Source of the DNA: Verrucomicrobiia bacterium
GTDB lineage: Bacteria > Verrucomicrobiota > Verrucomicrobiia > Palsa-1439
Direction of reading: 5' to 3'
Length of the DNA stretch: 64,000 nucleotides
Assembly (NCBI GenBank): GCA_035541135.1
Contig: DATKNW010000016.1
Coordinates: forward strand, 258,221 to 322,220
Part shown: piece by piece, positions 56,318-64,000 of the stretch
Layout: every line of letters starts with the position of its first letter
Numbering within the stretch: position 1 is the stretch's first letter
The notes under the pieces: model-generated
Seen by the model: only the letters and a program-made list of their open reading frames with translations
Told to the model about the DNA's origin: nothing
The model's database searches: none
Position numbers and translations under genes: made by a program

Positions 56318-56535
56318 GGGGGCAGGGGCGATGGGCAATGGTCAATGGTGAATGGTTGATGGCGGCGCGGTCGGGGAGCGGAGTCGGACGAGGATTTTGT
56401 TTACGACACAGGCGGGACGCCTATGCAACATTCACGGCGCAGGCGGGCGGGACGCCCGCCCCACTATGGCGGGGCCGAAGGCGACCAGGGCCCGCCCCAC
56501 TATGGCGGCGCGGTCGGGAGACCTGCGCCGAACGA
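56318..56535 (+). repeat. Direct repeat L flanking the LRR gene (contains CAATGGT heptamers and the REP-like twin hairpin)
   Basis: Aligns with 58551-58779 at high identity apart from two ~35-nt indels. Confidence 0.8.
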
Positions 56536-56594
56536 GCTTTCCCAGCGAAGGCGGGCGAGGCTCAGGACCAGCGTGCCGCGCTGGTGCTTCTCGA

Positions 56595-58022
56595 CTATTT
56601 GAGACCGGAGACCTCGACGGAAGCAAGGACGTTTTGGTCGGCGTCGGTGGCGAAGATGAAGGTGCCGGTCTGAGACCCCGAGAGTTTCCTGGTCTTGATC
56701 CGGATGGTCTTTGATTTACCCGCCTTGAGGGCACTCACCAACTTCGTCAGAGGTGCGGGGCCTGCGGTTGCATTGAAGGTACTGCCTTGCTCCAGCCAAA
56801 CCAGAACCAAGGACTTGGAAGCCATTGTCGCCACGGTATCGGTGACAACCAGATTGAAGGCGACCGTGCAGGTGGTATTGGTTGTGCCCATCTTTATATT
56901 GATCCTGGTTTTGCAGGTCTGTATGACACTGCTCAATGTATACGTGCAGGAGGACACGGCGAAATTCGCCGTGTAGGTTGCGCCACCGGCCGCCACGGTG
57001 ATCGTCCGCGGGTTTTGGGTATTGCCGTCGCTCCAGGCGGTGAACCTCCAGCCGCTGTTGGGGCTGGCCGATATCTGTTGCGAAGAACCGACCGCATACG
57101 TTCCACCACCGCTGACCGTTCCCGCGTTGGATGGACCCGCCACCACCGTGATCACGGCGGTCGGCGGCGAAAATGTGGCGGTCGGACGACCGTCAAACGT
57201 GCTGGTGAATCCCGTGGCCGACGCCAGGTAATAGACGGTCACATGCGTGTCATAATTGAACACACTCGTATCGGAACCACTGCCCGGGGCATTACCCAGG
57301 AAACAGACGCCTTTCAGGTTGACGCAGGCTTCGAACCCATAACCTCCGATGCTGGTGACGCTGGTGTCGACCACGACATTGGTCAGGCTGGCGATGTCAT
57401 AGAACCCATAGGCGGCGATGCTGGTGACGCTGTTGGGGATCGTGTAGGAGGTTTCGGCCAGGCCTGCCGGGTATGTGATGAGCGTGGTCTGATTGTGGTT
57501 GAACAAGACCCCGGCCAAACTGCTATAGACGGGATTATTTGTATTCACGGTGATCGCAGTCAGGTTGGTGCAGGCACCGAACGCCACGAAGCCGATGTTG
57601 GTGAGGCTGGCGGGGATCGTGACGCTGGTCAGACTCTCGCAGTTTAAGAACGCATTTTGTCCTATGCTGGTGACGTTGGTGCCAATCGTGACGTTGGCAA
57701 GGCTGGGGCAGGTGTCGAACGCAAATTCTCCGATGCTGATGACGCTGGCGGGGATCGTGACGCTGGTCAGGGAATTGATGCCTCCGAACGCGCTGTTCCC
57801 GATAATGGTGACCGTCAGACCATTGATCGTGCTGGGGATGGTCACCGCCCCGCCGGGGCCGGTGTATTTCGTGATGGTGATCGAGTTGTCGGAATTGGTC
57901 GAGTACGTGTATTGGGCTTGCACGGCGGTGGGCAGCAGCAGCAATAGCAGAAGCGGTAGCAGGCTCGCGGCACAGACAGTTCCAAAACGCCCGGCCATCG
58001 TGTTCGGGTTACTTGTTTTCAT
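56595..58022 (-). CDS. Secreted BspA-type leucine-rich repeat protein with an InlB B-repeat-like domain and a C-terminal beta domain
   Basis: Signal peptide ..LLLLLLLPTAVQA. LRR_5 units (SLTSVTIPASVISIGEFAF etc.). B-repeat-like segment GTVSGGGTYAVGSSQQISASPNSGWRFTAWSDG. Confidence 0.85.
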   Translation of the reverse strand: MKTSNPNTMAGRFGTVCAASLLPLLLLLLLPTAVQAQYTYSTNSDNSITITKYTGPGGAVTIPSTINGLTVTIIGNSAFGGINSLTSVTIPASVISIGEFAFDTCPSLANVTIGTNVTSIGQNAFLNCESLTSVTIPASLTNIGFVAFGACTNLTAITVNTNNPVYSSLAGVLFNHNQTTLITYPAGLAETSYTIPNSVTSIAAYGFYDIASLTNVVVDTSVTSIGGYGFEACVNLKGVCFLGNAPGSGSDTSVFNYDTHVTVYYLASATGFTSTFDGRPTATFSPPTAVITVVAGPSNAGTVSGGGTYAVGSSQQISASPNSGWRFTAWSDGNTQNPRTITVAAGGATYTANFAVSSCTYTLSSVIQTCKTRINIKMGTTNTTCTVAFNLVVTDTVATMASKSLVLVWLEQGSTFNATAGPAPLTKLVSALKAGKSKTIRIKTRKLSGSQTGTFIFATDADQNVLASVEVSGLK

Positions 58023-58550
58023 GGGGATGTGCTCCTTGCGTGCGAAAGGCACGCTGTTGAATTGCATGGATGGATAACCGGGCAGCGCGCGCTGGCTGCG
58101 AGCACGGGTCAGGTGAGAGGCTACAGGGGTCAGTGAGGCGTTCGGCTCCGGACACGCCTGTGATGATAAAACTCTGCTTCGAGTCCGTTCTCGCCTTCAA
58201 TTCGAGCTCAAGACAGGGCTGGCGAGCATCGCGGCCGCGTCTTCCTCACCATCTAAGGGAGATACGCTTACAAGCGCACAGTGGCCTGTCAAGTCGAATC
58301 TGCACACGATCCGCCAAATTCGCGGCTTCCAGGGTTGGCTCAAACAGGATGGGCTCGGAACCCGTGTTCGGGGCGTACCGGTTTCACAAGACCAGCGATG
58401 GGACTACCGATGTCAACGTACTCCGCCAGCCGGATGCGAATCATCGCCCGCCCCAGTTGACACGGCGCTTTGCATGGATGCGCCCGAGGCCAGCCCGCGC
58501 TCCTCAGCACGGGTTCCGTATCTGCCTCTGGTGGTCCGTCGATCTTCATT

Positions 58551-58779
58551 GGGAGGGGCGGGGACAGGGGCGATGGGCAATGGTCAATGGTGGATGGTTG
58601 ACGGGGAAGGCGGCGTCGGTGGCTAATGGCTGATGGTTGATGGCGGCGCGGTCGGGGAGCCGAGTCGGACGAGGATTTTGTTTACGACACCGGCGGGGCG
58701 CCTATGCAACATTCACGGCGTAGGCGGGCGGGACGCCCACCCCACTATGGCGGCGCGGTCGGGAGACCTGCGCCGAGCG
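58551..58779 (+). repeat. Direct repeat R flanking the LRR gene
   Basis: Same orientation and content as repeat L. Confidence 0.8.
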
Positions 58780-58847
58780 ACGGGGGAGGCGGGACGCACA
58801 TCGGGGCTTGTAGTCCGGGAAGCTTGCCGTATACTCGCGGCCGGCGA

Positions 58848-60116
58848 ATGCGAGTTCTGATACTCACATCGAGCACTGGGGGAGGCCACAACATGCGCGC
58901 CCGCGCATTTCAGGAATGGGCGCAGGCGGAGCTGTCGCACGATCTCTCGGTGCAACTGCATCGTCCGCTGGAGAAATCGCATGCCGTGTATGCGTTTGGC
59001 GTGTGGCTGTACAATTGGATCCAGCGGAACGCACCCTTCGCGCACCATGCCTATTTCAATTTTCTCGAGGTCGTGCCGATTGTCCGCACCCGCCGTCCGC
59101 TGGGGGCGAAGAAATACCGGAAGGTCTTGGAAGACCTGCAGCCGGATGTGCTGATCAGCGTGCACGACTCGTTGAACCACGGATTTTTCGAATACGCCCG
59201 CGACGTGTTCGGGCGCGATCGGGTGAAATGCATCACCTACTGCGGCGAATTGTCGGGCGGGTACGGGTTCAGCCGGCACTGGGTAAATCCGTCGGCGGAT
59301 TTGTTCATCGGCGCGGTGCCGGAAACGTGTCAGGCCGCCGTGCGCTGCGGGATGCCTCCTGAAAGAACGCGCGTAGGGGGCTTTCTGTTGCGGCGGTTTT
59401 TCTACGACAAGCCGGAGAGCGACGCCGGTCGCGCGGCCTTCATCCGCGAAAGACTGCGGCTCGACCCGGACGAGTTCATCCTTCTGTTGAGCGCGTCCAG
59501 CCGTGGGGCCCACAATCACGTCCGATTCCTCGACGCATTGCGGCGGCGCCGGGTCGACGCGCAGGTGGTGCTGCTGTGCGGCAAATCACCGATTGCCGAG
59601 CGCGAGGTTTCCAAATGGGCTCGTGCCAACCCGACCGCGCGGGTCCGGCTGCTCCCGCACAACACCAACGTTGGCCAATTGATGCGTTCGGTGTCGGCGA
59701 TCGTCGCTCGACCGGGGACGGGCACAACCAGCGAGGCGATCGTCAGCGGTTGCCCGTTGTTGCTGAACAGTCTTGGCGGGATCATGCCGCAGGAACGGAT
59801 CACGGTGAGGTTTTCCCGCGACCACGGCGTGGCGCAATTGGTGCGCAGCCCGGAAGAGCTGGCGGGCATTGTCACCGAATGGCGGAGGCGGCCCGAGTTG
59901 CCCGCCGCGATCCGCCGCGCGATGCAACGCGCCCGTCCGCCGTTTCATCCCAGCGACATCGTCAGGACCATCGCCGCTCTCGGCGTCAGAGCCGGTAGTA
60001 TTTCCGAAGGACGGATTCCAGTAGTCGAAGCGGCAAGAGCCGCGCGCCCAGCGGCGCCAACCGCGCCTGGAATAGACCTCCCACGACCAGCACCGGTGGC
60101 GGATTCCGCATCCTGA
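58848..60116 (+). CDS. MGDG-synthase/UgtP-like diacylglycerol glycosyltransferase (GT28)
   Basis: MRVLILTSSTGGGHNMRARA and PGTGTTSEAIVSGCPLLL. The low-complexity tail overlaps the convergent gene. Confidence 0.8.
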   Translation: MRVLILTSSTGGGHNMRARAFQEWAQAELSHDLSVQLHRPLEKSHAVYAFGVWLYNWIQRNAPFAHHAYFNFLEVVPIVRTRRPLGAKKYRKVLEDLQPDVLISVHDSLNHGFFEYARDVFGRDRVKCITYCGELSGGYGFSRHWVNPSADLFIGAVPETCQAAVRCGMPPERTRVGGFLLRRFFYDKPESDAGRAAFIRERLRLDPDEFILLLSASSRGAHNHVRFLDALRRRRVDAQVVLLCGKSPIAEREVSKWARANPTARVRLLPHNTNVGQLMRSVSAIVARPGTGTTSEAIVSGCPLLLNSLGGIMPQERITVRFSRDHGVAQLVRSPEELAGIVTEWRRRPELPAAIRRAMQRARPPFHPSDIVRTIAALGVRAGSISEGRIPVVEAARAARPAAPTAPGIDLPRPAPVADSAS

Positions 60117-60807
60117 TTGCCCGCAGGATCACCCGCGCGACCCGATCCGGTCGTGGCGATGCGGCCATGGTTCGCAGTTGGGCTTCCCAAACGGTGTTCA
60201 TCCGCCGTTCTTCTTCGGCGTTCTCCGTCGTCTTGACCCGCTTGGTTCGTTCGTGAAACGGGGTGTTGATGTCCCCGGGGCGAACCTCGACGACACGGAT
60301 CGGTGTGTCGAGAAGTTCCACGCGCAAACCCGCGGTGAATACGCTGAGGGCAGATTTCGCGGCGCTGTACGGCGCCATAAAGGGAATGGGAAACTGCGCC
60401 GCCAGCGACGTAACGTTAACAATGGTCCCGCGGCTGCGCTCTCGCATGGCGGGCAGAGCCAGACGGATCAACTCCAAGGGCCCGTCCGCCAGCATCTGAA
60501 ACTGTTCGCGCACCATTTCCGCGGGCATCTTCTCGACGGGGCCGAACGCGCCCGCGCCCGCGTTGTTGATCAGCACGTCGAACGCGCCCGCGTCCCGCAC
60601 GGCGCTGTCGAACCCTCGGCGGATGGAATCCGTCTGCGTCAGGTCCATCGACACGCCGTGGAACTGCGGCAATTGGGGAAGACGGGATGCGTCGCGAGCG
60701 GTTCCCCAAACTTCAAATTCCTGCGCGACCAGCAGTTTGGCGGTTTCCAGTCCGATCCCGGAACTGGCGCCGGTCAGGAACACCCTGCGGATGTCACGAG
60801 GCGCCAT
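59986..60807 (-). CDS. Short-chain dehydrogenase/reductase (ketoreductase candidate)
   Basis: TGASSGIG, NNAG and YSAAK (the catalytic Y-x3-K). Confidence 0.85.
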   Translation of the reverse strand: MAPRDIRRVFLTGASSGIGLETAKLLVAQEFEVWGTARDASRLPQLPQFHGVSMDLTQTDSIRRGFDSAVRDAGAFDVLINNAGAGAFGPVEKMPAEMVREQFQMLADGPLELIRLALPAMRERSRGTIVNVTSLAAQFPIPFMAPYSAAKSALSVFTAGLRVELLDTPIRVVEVRPGDINTPFHERTKRVKTTENAEEERRMNTVWEAQLRTMAASPRPDRVARVILRAIRMRNPPPVLVVGGLFQARLAPLGARLLPLRLLESVLRKYYRL

Positions 60808-62065
60808 TGTCCCATCGACGGAAAGCAAGGCAGACGTTGGTGCCCCCGAAGCCGCTGGAGTTGCTCAAGGCCACGCGAGGTTTGTCAGGGACGGGTTTCG
60901 TGACGATGGGTATGATCGCGCATTGCGGGTCGAGTTCCGTGATGTGCGCGGAAACCGGAGTAAAACCCTCCTGCAGCGCCAGCACGCAGAACCCGGCCTC
61001 CATCGCACCCGCCAGGGACAGTCCGTGGCCCGTCAGGCTCTTGGTGCTGCTGACGTGGGGCATCTTGCCATTATTGAACACCGCGCGGATCGCGTGACAC
61101 TCGCTGACATCACCGACGGTGGTCGATGTCGCGTGGGCGTTGATGTAATCGACGTCGTCCTTCGCCAGATTGGCATCGCCCAGCGCATCTTCCATCGCGC
61201 GTCTCAACCCGTCGCCCTCGGGATCGGGGGCAAGCACGTTGTACCCGTCGGCCGACTGGCCCCAACCGAGAACTTCCGCGGCAATCGGCGCGCCGCGACG
61301 TCGGGCGCGCTCCAGTTCCTCGAGAACCAGGACCGCTCCTCCGCCGGTGCCGACAAACCCGTCGCGCTTCACATCGAACGCGCACGGCGTCTTGGCCGGG
61401 TCGGTTTGCAGACTCAACGCGCGAATGCCGGCAAACGGCAGGATGCTGAACCGGTTGCAGTCTTCGGCACCGACGACAAAGACGATGTCCTGGCGGCCGA
61501 GCCGGATCAGGTCGGCGGCCGTGCCAAGCGCGTGGGCCGAGGATGAACACGCGCTGGAGAAGCCGAGCGCTCCGCCTTTGATTTTGAAGCAGGAGACCAG
61601 ATTGATGTAGAGGGAGCCGGGGATGCTGTTGATGATGGCCATGGGCTGACAGCGGGCGACGCCGCGGGTGACCATCGTGTGCAGGTTGTCGTAGGCGAGC
61701 CACATCGAACCGCCGGAGGCGCACATCACGCCGGTGCGCGGGCTGGACACTTCGTCCGGCGTCAGCATCGCTTCGGCAATGGCCTGTTGCATGGCGCCGT
61801 ACGCGTACAGGGAATTGGGCGCCATCGGTCGCAGTTGTTCGCGACTCAGTTTGTATTCCGGCGGCAGCGTCCAATCCTCAAAGTAGGATGTGGGGAATTG
61901 GAACCCTTTGACCGTGCCGGCCAGTTTCACCGGCGAGTGCGGGCCATCGAATTCCGCAAACGGCTCGACCCCGGTGAGACATTCTTGAAGGCTGCGGACG
62001 ACGTGCTGGCGGCTGTTGCCGATGCTGGTGATAAACCCCAAGCCTGTAACAACGACACGCTTCAT
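60794..62065 (-). CDS. Beta-ketoacyl-ACP synthase I/II-like (Cys-His-His)
   Basis: SSACSSSAHA, YINAHATST and TKSLTGHGL. Confidence 0.9.
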   Translation of the reverse strand: MKRVVVTGLGFITSIGNSRQHVVRSLQECLTGVEPFAEFDGPHSPVKLAGTVKGFQFPTSYFEDWTLPPEYKLSREQLRPMAPNSLYAYGAMQQAIAEAMLTPDEVSSPRTGVMCASGGSMWLAYDNLHTMVTRGVARCQPMAIINSIPGSLYINLVSCFKIKGGALGFSSACSSSAHALGTAADLIRLGRQDIVFVVGAEDCNRFSILPFAGIRALSLQTDPAKTPCAFDVKRDGFVGTGGGAVLVLEELERARRRGAPIAAEVLGWGQSADGYNVLAPDPEGDGLRRAMEDALGDANLAKDDVDYINAHATSTTVGDVSECHAIRAVFNNGKMPHVSSTKSLTGHGLSLAGAMEAGFCVLALQEGFTPVSAHITELDPQCAIIPIVTKPVPDKPRVALSNSSGFGGTNVCLAFRRWDNGAS

Positions 62066-62092
62066 TGAATTGTATGTTAGGTCGATGCGGAC

Positions 62093-63019
62093 TCAGGATC
62101 CGTTGCCGCCCGAGCTGCTGCGCGGGACAGATCCAAGGGCCAGCACGGGAGTGTCGGACGCGGACGATGCCGATGGGGACGCGTTTTCCGGAAGAAGTTG
62201 TTCGCCAAAGGCGAGCACGAGCCGTTCAATCCTGGCGACGCGCCGGCCCTGGGACGTGACGGTTCCCTCGAAAATGGCCAACGGCTCGCGCAGACGGGTG
62301 AGCTTCAACTCGAAATCGAGTTTATCTCCGGGCTTCATCTTTTGGTAAAAGTGGGCGCCGTCCATTGATGCGAAATAGACGTGGTTGGACTGGATCTCCT
62401 TGCCGATTTGCGCCGGCGCTTTCTCCAACACCCACAAACAGGCGGCCTGGCCCAGAGCTTCGAAGACGATCGAGGCGGGGAACACCGGGTCATCCTTGAA
62501 ATGGCCTTCGAGGAAGAACTCACTGCCTTTGATCGTATAGCTAGCCTGGACAGTCTCCGTGCCGAGCGTCGCCACGTCGAGAAACAGGAACGGCGGTTGT
62601 TGCGGCAGAACAAGCGCGATCTGTTCACGCGGGTAAACCTTGGGAGGCGCCGCGCTGGCAACACCCGTGATCTTGTCGCGGAGAAACTTGTTCAGGTGGC
62701 CCACCGTGCGGATTTCGCGGAGCTCCTGATTCTCGATGTGCAACTTGAGAACTTCCTCGATCGAGAGCACGATCTCCAGCAGCGTCAGCGAATCGAGCCC
62801 GATGTCCTCGACCAGGCGCGCGTTTTCGTCCGCCTGGGACAGTTTCACGGGGGCCGTGGAGGGCTGGTAGCGCTCGAGAATCCCGTAGACAATGGTTGGA
62901 ACGGCCGCGAGGTCGCCGGTTTCGCGGTACCGCACGGCGGCTTCGATGGTCTTGGAGCTGCATCGGCGCAAACCATCCTTGAGATCAGCCACTTCGTTAT
63001 CGGTCAAAGTCACATTCAT
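62093..63019 (-). CDS. Fusion protein: acyl carrier protein domain plus FabA/FabZ-like hotdog dehydratase
   Basis: ACP serine motif EDIGLDSLTLLEIV. Dehydratase motif FFLEGHFKDDPVFPASIVFEALGQA. The ATG at 63019 was chosen. Confidence 0.8.
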   Translation of the reverse strand: MNVTLTDNEVADLKDGLRRCSSKTIEAAVRYRETGDLAAVPTIVYGILERYQPSTAPVKLSQADENARLVEDIGLDSLTLLEIVLSIEEVLKLHIENQELREIRTVGHLNKFLRDKITGVASAAPPKVYPREQIALVLPQQPPFLFLDVATLGTETVQASYTIKGSEFFLEGHFKDDPVFPASIVFEALGQAACLWVLEKAPAQIGKEIQSNHVYFASMDGAHFYQKMKPGDKLDFELKLTRLREPLAIFEGTVTSQGRRVARIERLVLAFGEQLLPENASPSASSASDTPVLALGSVPRSSSGGNGS

Positions 63020-63143
63020 TTGAAACGACTCACGTCCATGGTCCCTACTCGCCCGGCGGACTGATACCAAACCCTGCCCCAAAGGGAAAGTGTTTTTTCG
63101 TTTGGTGTCGGGCGGGGTTTGTTGAGATGATTCCTGTTCGCCC

Positions 63144-64000
63144 ATGACAACAGCGCCACAGCGCAAATCGAAGATCGTGATCGTCACGCACGAGTTCTCC
63201 CCGTTCCGCGGCGGCGTCGCCACCTATACGGAGGAACTGGCGGCGGCATTGTCTCGGGCCGGGCGGGAGGTCGAGGTGTGGGCGCCCGATTACGCACTGC
63301 CCAGAGCAACGGACGAGTGCGCGGTTCCGATCCGGTGGCTGCGCGGGCGCGGGAGTTTACGGTTTGGCGATGTGCTTCAGTTCGCCGCTCAATTGATGGC
63401 CCGGCGCAAGCGATTGGCAGAATCGACCGTGGTGCTCACGAGCGTCGGGGCGCATCTGGCGTTCATGATTCTCGTGCCACTGGGCGGGGCGAAATGCGGG
63501 CGGCTGGTCTCGGTGATCCACGGCTCGGAAGTGTTGCGATTCCAAAACAGCGGTTTCTGGAAGTTTTGGGCACGGCGCTTCTTCCCGCGTGTCGACTGCA
63601 TCCTGACCGTATCAGCCTACACGCAGTCGCTGATTCAGCGGAGCTTTCTCTCGTCATTGGTCCAACGGATTGTGATTGCTCCCGTCGCCTGCGGTTCGGC
63701 GGCGACCCGGCCATGTCACACGACGGCGCCGGGCGACGACAAAATCCGGATCCTGACGCTGGCCCGGGTCCATCCGCGCAAGGGACAACTCGATACAGCG
63801 CGGGCGCTGGCGCGGTTGCCGGAGCCGTGGCGAGCCCGGATCGTTTATCAAATCGGCGGGATGGGCAGCTCGTTGTACTTGCGCCAGGTCGAGGCAGTGT
63901 GCCGGGCGGCGGGCGTCGGATTCAAACATCTGTGCCAGATCAATCCCGACACGCTCGCCGCGACGTATCAACAATCGGACATTTGCGCCATGACGAGCCG
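63144..64000 (+). CDS. Glycosyltransferase family 4 (3' end outside the window); not in the supplied ORF track
   Basis: Hand translation from the ATG at 63144 stays open to the window end: MTTAPQRKSKIVIVTHEFSPFRGGVATYTEELA...LTLARVHPRKG. Confidence 0.8.
   Translation, partial: MTTAPQRKSKIVIVTHEFSPFRGGVATYTEELAAALSRAGREVEVWAPDYALPRATDECAVPIRWLRGRGSLRFGDVLQFAAQLMARRKRLAESTVVLTSVGAHLAFMILVPLGGAKCGRLVSVIHGSEVLRFQNSGFWKFWARRFFPRVDCILTVSAYTQSLIQRSFLSSLVQRIVIAPVACGSAATRPCHTTAPGDDKIRILTLARVHPRKGQLDTARALARLPEPWRARIVYQIGGMGSSLYLRQVEAVCRAAGVGFKHLCQINPDTLAATYQQSDICAMTS

Noticed and set aside
55921-56673. 250-aa ORF and the N-terminal extension of 58704-60116 (MQH.RRRRAGRPPHYGG...)
   Set aside because: They read through REP-like hairpins, heptamer and 11-mer repeats. 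The same peptide arises wherever the repeat occurs. The true GT28 gene starts at the ATG at 58848 (MRVLILTSSTGGGH).
59986-60116. 130-nt convergent overlap between the GT28 gene and the SDR gene as a possible antisense regulatory arrangement
   Set aside because: The GT28 tail here is low-complexity Ala/Pro/Arg sequence. This is most simply a late stop codon in GC-rich DNA.
1-64000. tRNA, rRNA, tmRNA or RNase P genes
   Set aside because: No T-loop (GGTTCGAATCC-like) or other hallmark motifs were found when the intergenic regions were read by eye. A covariance-model scan would be needed for certainty.

Overview
High-GC (about 60% by eye) chromosomal window, most consistent with a Verrucomicrobiota/Planctomycetota-type genome; that placement is inferred from protein families and repeat style and was not verified. 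The window is dominated by cell-envelope glycan and lipid genes. (1) 3.8-28.9 kb is a ~25 kb ABC-transporter-dependent polysaccharide locus. It holds wzt with a C-terminal carbohydrate-binding-type domain and a methyltransferase fused to a long coiled coil. It also holds a two-domain GT4 polymerase-like enzyme, several GT2/GT4/GT8-like enzymes and rfbC. A polyprenyl-phosphate glycosyltransferase is translationally coupled to a flavoprotein, there are four GT-C-like membrane proteins, and wzm lies 17 kb from wzt. (2) 28.9-36.0 kb (minus strand) is a MacAB-like efflux operon with two tandem TolC paralogues, an acyltransferase and a DUF486/DMT protein. (3) 36.1-39.9 kb is an AT-richer accessory island of small orphan genes separated by two repeat families. 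It includes a RayT/IS200-like HUH transposase element and two miniature deletion derivatives of it. (4) 39.9-48.7 kb carries fucosidase, an alpha-oxoamine synthase, a PocR-AraC regulator, a TMTC-like GT-C/TPR protein, thiM and a stand-alone PocR protein. (5) 48.8-52.8 kb is a 1356-aa secreted protein made of hierarchical repeats. (6) 53.1-64.0 kb is a glycosyltransferase cluster with an ACP-dehydratase fusion, a ketosynthase and a reductase. This cluster is interrupted by 3.4 kb of repeat-rich DNA carrying a BspA-type LRR gene flanked by ~220-nt direct repeats. No rRNA, tRNA, CRISPR array or recognisable defence system was seen by eye. Many long ORFs in the supplied track are antisense or shadow ORFs typical of high-GC DNA and are rejected. 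All family assignments rest on motif recognition in the translations; no database search was run.
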